Shown here piece by piece: positions 15,801 through 27,632 of a DNA stretch of 60,630 bases (within the stretch, counting starts at the first letter, position 1; the number at the start of each line of letters is the position of its first letter). Made by a program: the position numbers and the translations under genes. The DNA lies in NCBI GenBank assembly GCA_030248215.1, contig JASANG010002067.1:434001-494630 (forward strand). Direction: 5' to 3'. The notes below the pieces were generated by a model. It was not told the DNA's origin and ran no database searches. It saw only the letters and a program-made list of their open reading frames with translations. This DNA comes from Enoplolaimus lenunculus (Eukaryota).

Positions 15801-18800
15801 ATCGTTCAACGGAAAATCTTTCATCAACGGGTTGTAGTCATGGACAGTGTCCAGAGCTTGTTTTAATCCTAAAAGATATAAATAACTGTGTGCATTGAAA
15901 ACTGTATATAATAATATTACTGTTTGTACATGATAGAATTTGTTTCTGAGTTGTTTTAAATTGATTTTTCTTTAAGGGTGTTATTATATTGAATAGCGGT
16001 TTTAACAGTCCAGCTAAATCACTAGATGTTCATACATGTGACTTGTTGTAAGCATCATAAATTCTAAATTCAATTCTACAAAGCGCATACAGACCTCAGA
16101 TCAAAAATTAATACATGAAAACGAATATTTCGAAATCAAAGTTTAATACAAAAAGTAAATATACCAACCTGTATCCGTGTCAAACCCAACGGTAGCAATA
16201 AACCGCTTGCCATGTTTTAAAGCCTCTAGCGTTAACGTCACTTCTGGCGACTCCCGTTTTTCTTGTATGCGATGCAAAGCTCGTTCTAGTTGGAGCCAAA
16301 ACGATATTTCTTGCAACGCTGTTCCCGACGCTGGGTCTCGATTCAGTTTGGTAACCTAAAATTGACGCAACAAGATCTCTTTCTCAAAACCATCAAACAA
16401 TAAGCTATGACACTAAAAAGCTAAGAGTATGAACACAAATTAGCTCCCGTGAACGTCGTTTTACTTCGAACCGAATAATCGTTGTATGCAAAGCATAAAA
16501 CCATAAACAGCACAGATATAAAGTACTAAACTAAACACTTAGTCTATGATTGAAGATAGACTGTTAATTCCTTTTATGCCTAATTCCGCTCCATATAAAG
16601 TAGTTTGCATCACTATGTTAAGACCCAATTATAAAAACGAATTTTATAGCTGTTTATAAAACGAATTTTTATAGCTGTTAGACTAGCACGTTGGCTAATT
16701 GAAAAAAGCTTGCTACGACAAAATTGCCATACTCACTTTCTGAATTTCACGAATCCAACGATTGACTCCGTTTTGCAAAGAATTCAAAAATGACGAATCT
16801 TCCACTTTATCACCGAGGTCAGCCACCTTGGCGCGTCGACCTTCCTCCGTTGCTTTCTTGATTACAGCTTGAATTGCTGGATGCGCAGGCAAAGAAATGT
16901 CTGGAATTTCGATGTTTTGTTGCAAATGTAGCAACCCCATTTCAAGTTCGGCGAGTTTCTTTTCAACTGATCCGGTCATTTTGTCGCCTTCGCTAAAATA
17001 AAAATAGAGCCGCTAGTTTAAATAGCAATAATTCGCAACCGTTAGCATAAAATCTTTCAATGTTTATATACGTAATCCACTGTCTCAATTATAATTCCGG
17101 AACCCAATATTACCAAATCTATAAAAAAGCTATAGCAGGTATCATTTTATGATTTCAATAACCCATTATCATAAATTTGTATTATGTTATGTTGAACTAA
17201 TTACAAAAACACTCATTCGGAAATAACAATTTTTCAAAAACAAAATTTAAAATATTCAAAAGATTATAAATAATTTTACACAAAACAGTGAAAATTGCGG
17301 TTCCTAAATCGTTGGATGCAGGAACAGCAACACGTATTGAAGATTTGCTGAATTCCAACCAGAACATGAATTCCGATTGAACCCTGGGAGTGCGATATCT
17401 GATCGTACACACAACACTAACCGATCTGCTTTTCCAGTTTCTTTAACATAAGATTTGAAATACGGCGCAACGGCTGCGCTGATATAACAGTGCAGCGTCT
17501 CGTAAGGCGAACCATCTCCAAGGCATAAAACGCGGACTTGATGTGCCACTGGTTTTTCTGCTTCAATGCTTGTGCCTCGTTTAATAATGACCAGGCTGAA
17601 ACACGAAACAATTACAACTTTAATGATTTATCTCAAATAAAAACTTAACTCTTTTATTCGATTACAAAAGAATACAGTTATTCTTGTTTCGAAATATACA
17701 GCGAATACAGGGTTTAATTAATAGGAACGCGAACAGTCACTGAATCTTTAGCGCTAATATATACCTTGCCATTTTCGGGCTTGAGAAATGAACCTCTGTT
17801 GACACTTGATACGTAATAGTTTCAGGTTCCGTTTCACTTTCAGTTGCGGAAACTTCCCCATCGTCTTCTAAAAATTTAATATATCACTAACTTTTAAACA
17901 AATGATGTAAATTTAAGCACAACAGGACATGGTGTCAAAAACTACTAAAATTAATTGGTACATACGTAATTAAACTATTCAAAACCCATAGAGGAAGTTC
18001 CCGTAAGGTTTCGAAAAATTTTAGTGTACTGCAGATTTTTTAGCGACTTGTCTTTGGTCAGCAAGTTCCTCACATTTTCAATTATTATCTGATTTACGTT
18101 TTCCAGAACTGGAAAAAATAGCTGATAAAAACCAAAACCGAGCTGTTAAACAACTTATTTTATTATAGTCAATAAGCAGTACTTGGGGGATTGAATGTCT
18201 GCAATCTCTGTTCCGGTTCCAGCTTGTGGTGAGAAGCAGTTTCTGTTGGAAACCTGATATCTAGTTACAATTTGTTTTTCAGCTGGTTTTAGTTATATCA
18301 CCCCTTAGTATACTTCTACTGAATTAAATAAAACCTATTTCAATTTCACAATGAATAGATATATAAATCAGTTTGCTTCAAATATGCGCATACGGTTTGG
18401 GCAAACAAAAGGACAGGTGTTTCAGCTATTAAATCAACAAGTCAGAAGTACGTAATACGTAAATAATTGAGCAGTTCATTTATAAATGGTATGCGTATAA
18501 CATATTATGATCCTGCTGGAAGGCAATAGTCTTCAAATCGAAATAAAGGCAATAGTTGGACACACCTAGCTAAAGTAAGGGTGGCGCATAAGTTTCAGCT
18601 AAGACGCTCAACTGGGAAAGTTAAGAAATTGTGAAACTGAGAAATTGAGAGACATGGGTGATGGGAGACTAGAACACTAAAATGAATAACTATTTTTACA
18701 ATTTAAACATGCCGTTTAAAATCCATAAAATTAACATTTTAGTTCTTATCTGTGTTTCTGTTATTTAATTAAATATATCAAAACGCAAGCACAGAAATAA

Positions 18801-21419
18801 AATTGAGCTTATGCTTATACTTCTTAAACCTCGGTTTAGGCATAGGCTTAGAGTAGGGCTTGGCTTAAACTTATGTTAAGGCGTGGGATTAAGATTAGGT
18901 AGGTTTAGACTACAGATGTCCCGGGGCCAGCATTTTGCCCTTGGCTGAAGCCAGGATTTTGACCGCGGCCGGGGCCAGCAAAACACTAAACTTCAAATTT
19001 TATGTACCTTTTCCGTAAACATATACCTGGGAGCACAGCACCGTTTTATCATGTCGCGTTACGCGACATTTTCTTGATACTCCAATCTTGTGAATGTCTG
19101 TTTTATGTAATGTGCCTCCGAAATAGAACGCTTGATGCGCTTAGGCTAAACACTAAAAATTCAAAATGTTTTTCTGGTACTGTCCACAGTACCGTATACC
19201 CCCGACACCCTCTGGCCCCGGTGCCGGTACGAAACCTATTGCACTACTTTTAAGTAATTATAATAGGTATATAGTTTTACCGATAATTTCAAATTCACCC
19301 ACCGAACGCAATATTCATAGCCAGGAAACAAACTCAGGGAACCTGTAGCCAACTACCCAAGACAACAAAAATTATTCGATAGGCAGGCATGGAACTTAGA
19401 ACAACAAAGAGATCATCTCACAAAACTAAAACAACAAGCGCAAACACAGATTACTGTACGGAGCTACTGAAGATATTTATGATCAGCTTAAAATTGCAGG
19501 CTTAACTGGTTTATACTAACGCTTAGGCTTATAATACTTCAGAAAAGTGAACAAAAGCCCAATTCCCAAAACTAACTGATTCATTAAGTTTTATTTTACG
19601 GTTTCAAATTCAGACAAACCCGTTCGCCCGTGTTAATCAAAGGGGTCTTTTCACTAAAGCCTAAGCCTAATTTCTGAGTTTCTAAGTCCTGTCTCCCTCT
19701 CACCCGTGAGCAGGCATCTGTAATTAGCATGGACCAACCCGTTACAAACTGATTTAGGTTTCAATGTCAAAATTTGACTTTTTGCATTAAAGCATCACTT
19801 AAGTCCAAAGTTAAATTATTAAAAACGGCTGTTCACTTCAAATGCGTTTACGGGTTGCCACTCGAAAAAGTGTGCTTTGGTTGACGATCTTTCAGCTGAC
19901 AAAAATACAATAACGCTGAGAAAATCGCTGCACCAAAAGGTCACGTAAGATGCAATATATAGGCGGCTAAGTATATTGTTAGCTTCAATACCAAGAGCAA
20001 ATCGATTGGATCTAGAACTCAGAATTAAAGTCAGAAGTCAGAGTCGGCCAATCTCATATCGAACACCTACCGAGAGAGCTTGGATCGATCGCTGGTACGT
20101 ACGATTTTAAAAAATTTAAAAATGAGCAATCAACTGCGTTAAGCTGGCTTATGCTAGACTAATACGCACTTAGACATAGGTATACCTTCATACTAGTGCT
20201 TAGGTTTAGGTGTTTAGGATTAAGCTTAGAAAACCAGAAGATTGGGAATAGGAGAGTAAAAAACTATGTAGGTGACCAGGAAACTGATAGACTAGAAAAC
20301 ACAAAGGCAGCAAATCTGTGATACTGGGAGATTTTGGTAGCTATGAGACTGGGAAACTGAAAGACTTGCAAACTATGAAACGGGGAATTTGGGGAGACAG
20401 ATGGAAACCGAGAGACTGCGGAATTCCCAGTTAAAAACTATAAGTTTGGCGTTGAGAGACTTGGAATGAGGAAAATTTGTTACTGGCAGGCCATTATTGT
20501 TAACATGTGCCAAATTTAGCAATATGAATCATCGAACGTCGTATCAAAATTGATATCAATGGTTCCAAAAAACTAAAATATATGCAACAAAATGTAAAGT
20601 AACGAAATAAAAATTAATTTACGTACCGCGTGCGGTTGTTAACCGTTCCAACAGAAGAACTGGCGTTTGAGCCTCCGCAATAAAACGCCGAATTGCATCT
20701 GCTGTTTTGGCGTCTCGCAGAGCAGCGTCCAGCGATGATTGACCTTGCTGTATTTGGCTACTGCTACCTCCTGGTGTTGAACTAGCGCTTTGCTGATCCT
20801 CTAACAAAGTACAAGCTACTTTGCGAATATACGCCGCCACAAGCGTCCAATCGGCGAGTTCCACTGCTGCAGAAGCGGCAGGAGACCCTCCATCTCCTGC
20901 ACTGCCTGCACCTCCAACTCCAAGTCCTGGACTACCGCCATGGTGTATTCCGGAGCTGAGACTTGCCGCCCCTAAAATTCAAAATAAACGTCTTTCACAC
21001 TAAGAGCAATCTAAACACGCTAATGGTTGAACATATCTACCAAATTGCTATTTTACAGCATTTCTAACGAATACTATCCTATATATAATATATATCTTAT
21101 AAATCTATGTAATATATATTTTTATAACTACTGGAAAAAATTACCTGGTTGTATTTAAAAATTTGATATTATTTAGATAGGTATTATATTCCTTACATAA
21201 TTGTACAAGCATTGTGAACATATAAAATTTTGTTGATGTATAAAATAATACAAAATTAACAGAATACCAAAACTGAGCTGATAAGAAACCGGATATAAAA
21301 ATAATGTCTCTGTGGTATACGTACGTATACAAACACTTACAAACCAGTCTAAACATATTATATATATATATATATATAAATGCTAACCTACCGGCACTTT
21401 CGCTTCCACTGTCTGACAT
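823..21419 (-). CDS. dhc-1: Cytoplasmic dynein 1 heavy chain, 5' part (tail and linker, about 1849 aa); the gene continues past the left edge
   Basis: 36 GT-AG exons with consistent phases: 21392-21419, 20627-20971, 17765-17867, 17422-17595, 16737-16992, 16169-16355, 15648-15868, 14735-14955, 14225-14399, 13910-14001, 13153-13369, 12832-12918, 12345-12500, 12005-12136, 11655-11861, 11063-11146, 10762-10941, 10297-10437, 9906-10052, 9450-9584, 9209-9312, 8875-9058, 8285-8404, 8016-8156, 7220-7318, 6812-6967, 6420-6533, 4675-4785, 4419-4532, 4181-4276, 3796-3942, 3372-3538, 3034-3207, 1605-1770, 1299-1484, 823-1002. Peptides characteristic of DYNC1H1: [92 protein letters not shown]. Exon 1 is the least certain. 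Confidence 0.96.
1092..1208 (-). repeat. Partial tandem duplicate of the 5' part of dynein exon 823-1002, including its splice acceptor
   Basis: 1092-1208 aligns with 897-1011: [34 protein letters not shown] versus [34 protein letters not shown]. Both are preceded by ttttaaag. Confidence 0.85.
7564..7974. mobile_element. hAT-type MITE in a dynein intron
   Basis: TIRs CAGGGTGCAACCG and CGGTTGCACCCTG; 8-bp TSD ctagcaat/ttagcaat; internal AACCGG repeats. Confidence 0.85.
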
Positions 21420-22294
21420 ACAATTCGTGAATGGTTTAAAAAGTTTTTCAACAAGTTAAACCCCAATGTGTATATTAATCAATATTTATGTAACACGTAT
21501 ATGTATATTAATCCATCTTTATGTAACGTGTATATATCCCACGGTACAACCGGATACCAAAAAATCCGGAACCGAATAATTAATTCAAGTCACATACTAA
21601 ACGGCATTCCAATATCAGAATGTACGCAGCTAGCAATTGTTCCTTCCGTTGAAAAAAGCATCCAAAGTGTTTACGTGACTAATGCATTTATAACACTTCA
21701 ATAACGACCCATTCCACTATTCTTTTATATAACATATATGAAAAATTCATGCTAACAATTCCACTTATGTAGTATTCATATATCCTGCGCTGCTCAAACA
21801 CTTCAAACAGTGCTCCAATTTAGATGCTATATGTGGTTAATATCCGGCTTCTATTCCAGTAAATTAATGCTATCAGGTGTTTATTTATTTACACATACAC
21901 TTCTGCAGCGGCGAAGGACCTGGAATGCACTATACCCTACGTAGCTATATCTGGTACAACTTATTGCGAATAATTTATTTTTTCTCAAAACACCCTCGGT
22001 ACAATCCAAATTCAGAACTATACTGTTGTTTTTGCTCCTGGGTAAACCTATAACCCATAATCTATTAAACGATGTCTTAAATGTTTTAAACGCGAAAATG
22101 CAACTATTTGTGCTTGGTCACAATAAATCTTTTCAAAATAAAATTTAGGGTAACCTAAGCAGTCATTCTGTTTTTCAAATCGCTGTATAACCAAGTAGCG
22201 GCTCTCCAGAATCGTTCGCTCTCAGTGATGGTAAGCGAAATGCGCAAGTACGTCGGGCCAAAGCTGCGATTTAAGACAAAATTTTGTAATAGCT

Positions 22295-22400
22295 TATCGA
22301 TTTGTCACCTCTTTGGTCTCGGTTTGAAAACCACTGAGACTGAAAAAAGCGAGACCGAGACCAGCCAAATTCCGAGACTTGCCGAGACCGCCCATCTCTG
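22295..22400. repeat. End of a second dispersed MITE-like family (...GAGACC...CCCATCTCTG)
   Basis: Related termini at about 15313-15353 and 41380-41423. Confidence 0.45.
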
Positions 22401-22482
22401 CAATGCACATTGTTCAGTATGCTTGCCGGCAGCATACAGTCGACACTCGGCATATAGTCCACGATACAAACAGTTGGAGGCG

Positions 22483-22555
22483 GGCTACATGACGCTGTGG
22501 TAACAGCGTCTGCCTCACACGCAGAAGGTCGCCAATTCGAAACCACCCGCAGTCC
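22483..22555 (+). pseudogene. tRNA-Val(CAC)-derived pseudogene or repeat head
   Basis: Perfect anticodon arm TCTGC-CTCACAC-GCAGA, AGGTC variable loop and TTCGAAA T-loop. The acceptor stem GGCTACA/CGCAGTC has two mismatches and the T-stem GCCAA/CCACC is unpaired, so it is unlikely to be functional. Confidence 0.65.
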
Positions 22556-24240
22556 GCGTTTACAGCTGCTTTTGTTAAAAGGTCTAAAGTCCCAGTTTTT
22601 GTTGCATACTGCACAGGGCATACAAGTGTTTGTTCTGATTGATAAGCATACGTACGGTAAGCGGATGTAACGCAACTAATGCCGTACGTACATTACATGC
22701 GCATATATACCTACAGGATGAAGTTGTTGACGTTGTATACGACCGAGTGCTACAAAGACAGCAATTTTGGCTCGAGGGCAAACGGTCCGCTGTCCTATTT
22801 TAAGTGTATTTCAAGACACAGCATCACTAGTACACATAAAGCCTGCCATCTAGGGAAATAAGTCCACAAAAACCTCCGCTAGAGAATACAGTCCCGGGAA
22901 AGAATTACTTCAATTCCGTATGATTAATCCCACACAAAATATGCTAGCTAAGATACTTATTGAGAACTAAAACCGCACAAATAATCTTTAACGCAAGTCT
23001 GACAACGTACAGGAATATTTAAAATTAGTTGCTCGCCATTAGAAGTCGCTGGAGTTGACGAAATAATCTGTATTCAAATGCGATTTACAATATCGGACTG
23101 CATTTTTGCTTAATTCCTTGATGTTTTGAAATTTTCATTTCCTAAAACAAACCAAACTTATGCAATCTTGGATTTAGCTTGATATTTATCGGAATGATGT
23201 CTTCGTACTTTAAATTATCTCAAGTGAAAATTTTGCATCGAGTATGCACTTTCAAATACTAAATTTTTTACCTTTGCAAGAAACAAAGTCAACTTTATAT
23301 ACATATGCCAATTGGAGCCGCAAGTTTATATACTGGGCGTCATTTTAAATTCTGACCGCTCTGTATTTAATAAGAAGTCAACTGAGTATATGCTAATCAG
23401 TAAAAGGCTAACTTGCAAATGTGGCAATCTGAGAAGAGCACATTTGAATTTCCCATGACACAGAACCCATGGAGCTCATAACTTTTAATTTCACGCCCGC
23501 CACGCTAAGCAATTTCTTATCATGGACCAGAACTGTCCAAAAGTGCTTTGTCAGCGATTCTTGCTGTCTGCATAATGAACAGTTTTAGTGTGGGGTTCCC
23601 TCCTGATTAGTGTTTTTTAAATGTGTAAGGTTCACAAAAGCCGCACCCTCCCCCGGAGATAGAAAAAGCACAAAATTGGTTCAAAAAGTTTGGTTGTTGC
23701 AGAAAAATTTCCTCCTGCATTTGTATCGTGAAATAAAATAGTAAATTAGGTGCGCTAAATTAGTCATTAAACTCAAAACTGGCGCAATTCAGCTCAGTGC
23801 GTCGGTTTTTCACAATGAAAAAATTTAGATTTCTTAACTGTTGAAAATATGTACATTTTCTGTTCCGCAGTAGTCCATAAGATCACAATATTCAACTCAT
23901 AAAAAATTGAAATTTAATTGAAATTATTAGGGGAGGTTATGAGAAGCCAAATCAGCATTAGGTTTTAAGTATAGATCCCTTTTTACGCTGATGTTTATGC
24001 TTAGCCTTAGGAATAAGAGAAATATGCTGAGATATATTCTGGTACACCCCAAGAATAACATTCGTCATCTGTTTCTGGTTTTCTAGCATCACTGTAAAAA
24101 TGCAAACATTTACATTACGTGTGTGACAGAAAAAATGTGTAAAAGTAAAGTCAATCAATTCGATTGTAACTTTTACTTGACATAAAAATAACGAGCCAAT
24201 GTTACTTTTACGGCCGTAAGTAGCAGTAGATTAAGCGTAT

Positions 24241-24311
24241 ACCTAAGCCTACATAAGCCTAAGCCTAAGCGTTGCAAAAGTGTATTCCTAAGCCTAATCC
24301 TAAGCCTAAGC
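24241..24311. repeat. Degenerate interstitial (TTAGGC)n/(GCCTAA)n tract
   Basis: cctaagcctacataagcctaagcctaagc...cctaagcctaatcctaagcctaagc. Similar tracts lie near 11390-11455, 15167-15195, 18835-18905, 19655-19670, 20200-20230, 34817-34840 and 36541-36570. Confidence 0.7.
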
Positions 24312-24389
24312 AACAAATTGTAGTCCAAAATGTAAACCTACTCTTTTACCGATCCACCAGAAGCCTTCAACGGCTCGGCAAATTTTTCA

Positions 24390-26346
24390 CCTTAATCAGC
24401 CCAACGGTCTACATATGTAGACAACACAACTAGCGTTAGTTTTGGCTTATCTCAGGGTGCTCTCCTCCTTTAACTGGCTTGAGACAGTCAGAACTAGTGT
24501 TCTGGCGGAGTTCCACCCGCTCCCCGTCCAGCCTCCCACTGCGGGCGCGTTGTCCAGTTAAGCACAGTCGTTGCACGTTATGGTGCGATTCATGTGGTCC
24601 TTGCACACTCGTTTTCCACATGACGAACAGCTCAATCTCGTAGATTTGCGACAACTTGTGACCTGACATTTGGTCGGTTTACCAGATGTAGAAGGTTCGT
24701 TTCGCTTTTGAGGCAGCCCGTAAGCCATAAATGAATCCTTTGATTTTGCGTAAATTTTTTCACTACTGTAACGTTTGGTCATATGGTCTTGCGCTAGTTG
24801 TTCGGCTACTTTTTTCATGAAAACATTGCGTGAATTTTGATATCCGTTCAGTTTCATGACAATGAATGCGTTGTGCAACGCAATATCAATCATATTGAAA
24901 ACGCAGACTAGAGGATAACGATTCGTTTTGCGTTTGCAGGTAAAATCATCAATGCAAGAGTCCATTACATCAACCCCGCCTTTTCCCAAATTATAATCCA
25001 AGATAACTGCTGGTTTTTTGTCCTCTCTGCTGGTGCAAACTTCGTTTTTCACATGAACTGAACTTAGTAATAGCACATTTTTATTTTTCTTTGGACAATA
25101 AGACGCCAACATTATGCGGTTATTGTGGTCCCATAAAAATCGGGTGCTATAGACCTCTTGTTCTTTTGTTGACTTTAGCACCGGAGGTACGCTGCGGCGA
25201 TTTGCCATTATTGTGCCTGTGCACGTTAGCCCACTTTGTAATAGGTCCACAGCCAATTCATGGGATGTGAAATAGCGGTCCATGAAAATGTTTCGCTGAG
25301 TGATTCGGACGGTATATAATGAAGACGTAAGTTGGACTGAAATAGGTCCCAAACATCTCGTATAGCAGCCATTTTGTCACTTTTTTGACGCTCCCGGCGA
25401 GTCAGTTTGTTGTCGAATGTTACATTTTTCAGCAACTGTTTCATTCTGTTTTTTGACAGCGCGCAGCGGTAAAAGGGCCTGCTGTCGTTTTTGGTGAATA
25501 GTGAAGCCACTGGAGACATGTTATCGCGATCTGCACCAGCTCTGATTACCACCCCAAGCCAAGCTTTCAGCTCGCACATTGGTAGCGTCGAAAAATTGCG
25601 CGCCCGCAGTCGCCTACTAGTGAGTCGCTAAATTGTATGTAAAATGGGCTCGTTTATATAGTGATAAAATGCTTGTGACTCTGTTGTAGGGTTTACTGCA
25701 GTGCCTTCGCGAAAGCGAATTATATTTCTAGCTAACACACGGACAGGCGGTGTTGTAGAATGCCACTCAACACCCGTCGCTGACAAAAACACATTACTTC
25801 CACTAGAAGTCTCGTCCATATCGCTCAACTCACTACTAGATGCGTCCGATTGTTTTTGTAATTCACCATCACTATCTTGCTCATAAATAGCAGCCTCTTC
25901 ACTACTGCATTGACCTAACTCAACTGATTCTGAGTCGTCATTTGAACTATTGTCGTCCGGTTTGTCATCTTCTGTCTCTGAATCACTTGGTTCTAATACA
26001 CGTCGTACGACCTCAGTCAAAGATAATTTATGCAAACCTGACATTTCCCTGACTTTACCTCACCATACAAAACCGTGTGTAAGAACAAAACGTTCCAATT
26101 CTTGTCAAAACTCAAACTATGATCAAATCAACATCTGTCTACATATGTAGACGGTCGGGTTATATAGGTATATGACTCACTGTACAGCAAACTTTTGTTC
26201 CCACAATGCTATAAGTTTTTTATACTACTATAACAGAATAATTATCGATGGAAATTAAACAATAGATTCTTAACTATAGCACCTGCCGAACAATCAATTG
26301 TCGAACTGGTTATGTCTACATATGTAGACTGTCGGGCCATTGAGGG
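24390..26346 (-). mobile_element. Defective piggyBac DNA transposon
   Basis: Right end ...TGAGGG|TTAA (26347-26350). The left end is a degenerate TIR CCTTAATCAGCCCAACGGTCTACATATGTAGACA preceded by TTCA. Both TIRs share the palindrome GTCTACATATGTAGAC, and they enclose a transposase. Confidence 0.9.
24558..26044 (-). pseudogene. piggyBac transposase pseudogene
   Basis: Acidic N-terminus; ELKAWLG, DKMAAIRDVWD, NIFMDRYFTS (second catalytic Asp motif), YNLGKGGVDVMD (third Asp) and a C-terminal Cys-rich domain. Disabled by an in-frame TAG at 25628-25630 and a frameshifting deletion near 25295 that removes the first catalytic Asp segment. Confidence 0.9.
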
Positions 26347-26408
26347 TTAAATGCCAAAATACGGATGGTACAAATTTTTTGAAATTTTTTAAACAATATT
26401 GTTCTGAC

Positions 26409-26769
26409 CAGGGTGCAACCGGAATTCCGGTTCTTGTAGGGAAATCCGGTATTTTTCACTATAAATTTTTATCATTGGAAAATTTAAGAAAAATTGACAT
26501 ATTATTCTTTATTTTTCGAAAATTATCTGAGCGTGTATTGTCAAAGTTTTTAATTTGTGTTATACTTTATGTTTCCAGTTACTGCATTTGTTTCAGGATT
26601 TTGGCATCCTAAAGCGTGTGTTTACACCGTTAAAAGCGATAAAATAGCTTTAAAAATGAATTTTTCGGAACAAGTATTTTGTTTTCCGGTTCATATTCCG
26701 GTTCCGGTATTTTTTAACTTTCCAGTTCGGGTTCCGGTTCTGGTAATTTATAATTCCAGTTGCACCCTG
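26409..26769. mobile_element. hAT-type MITE (same family as 7564)
   Basis: TIRs CAGGGTGCAACCGGAATT and AATTCCAGTTGCACCCTG; flanks gttctgac/gtttcgac. Confidence 0.85.
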
Positions 26770-26970
26770 GTTTCGACATATTAAGGTTATAGCGGGTCCT
26801 GAAGATTTGAAGCAATCCTAACCCTTTCACACATAGAGTATACTATGAGCAACTAAATACAATAATGTACGCAATATATACACACTGTGAGCAGTGTTTA
26901 ACATTTATAACATATATGCGCAGTGCAAAATCTCCACAAGACGTGAGAACTCTCTCGTGCTCGAGCGTCA

Positions 26971-27036
26971 GGCTCCTATAGCTGAGTGGTCATCGTAAAC
27001 GCCTTCCACTCGTGAGACTGGAGATCGAATCTTACC
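26971..27036 (+). repeat. Degenerate tRNA-like (SINE-head-like) sequence
   Basis: A-box-like TAGCTGAGTGG and B-box-like GATCGAATC at tRNA spacing; no proper cloverleaf. Confidence 0.35.
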
Positions 27037-27199
27037 TTTAAATTATACATCTCATGTGATATTGAAAATATTAATGTGAGAAAGGGATAATTTAACAATG
27101 TAACAACAAAACATATTTTTAAGTGTAAGACTATTAGCCCAAGCAAAAAATTTGTCTAAATTTTAAGCTTTGACTATTTCGTTCGATTGAGAAGGCGGG

Positions 27200-27430
27200 C
27201 AATAGCGGATCCAAAGGTTGCGGGCGCGCGTACAATTTTCTCCCTCAGAAATTTGTTATAAAATGACAAGGTTTTTACTTTGTAATTGTCCTCGCTCAGA
27301 AAGTTATTCTGCAAACAATGTTTACGTCCCTACCTTACAATTTTACCCCCTCAGAAAAATTTTTGGTGAAAAATTGCGTTTCAAAACATTTACGAGCCTG
27401 CCCCATCAGAAATTTCTGGATCCGCCGGCG
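27200..27430. mobile_element. Small MITE with GCGGATCCA-type TIRs
   Basis: caatagcggatcca ... tggatccgccggcg; no clear TSD. Confidence 0.4.
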
Positions 27431-27632
27431 AAAGCAGGACACAACTAAAAAGCAACTTGGACTGATGTTTGTACGATTTAGCGCAAGTATATTTTAATGT
27501 GGTTCTTTCATCCTGGAAGGTAAAACGACTGCTGTATATAGATGCAGGGAAGACTGGCATTCGATAGAATCTCTGTTGCAGTGGTTTATAAATTAGACGG
27601 AGAAATATCCGATGCCCATCACATGAACACAA

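Noticed and set aside
22483..22555. Functional tRNA-Val(CAC) gene
   Set aside because: The T-stem cannot pair and the acceptor stem has two mismatches, so it is recorded as a pseudogene or repeat.
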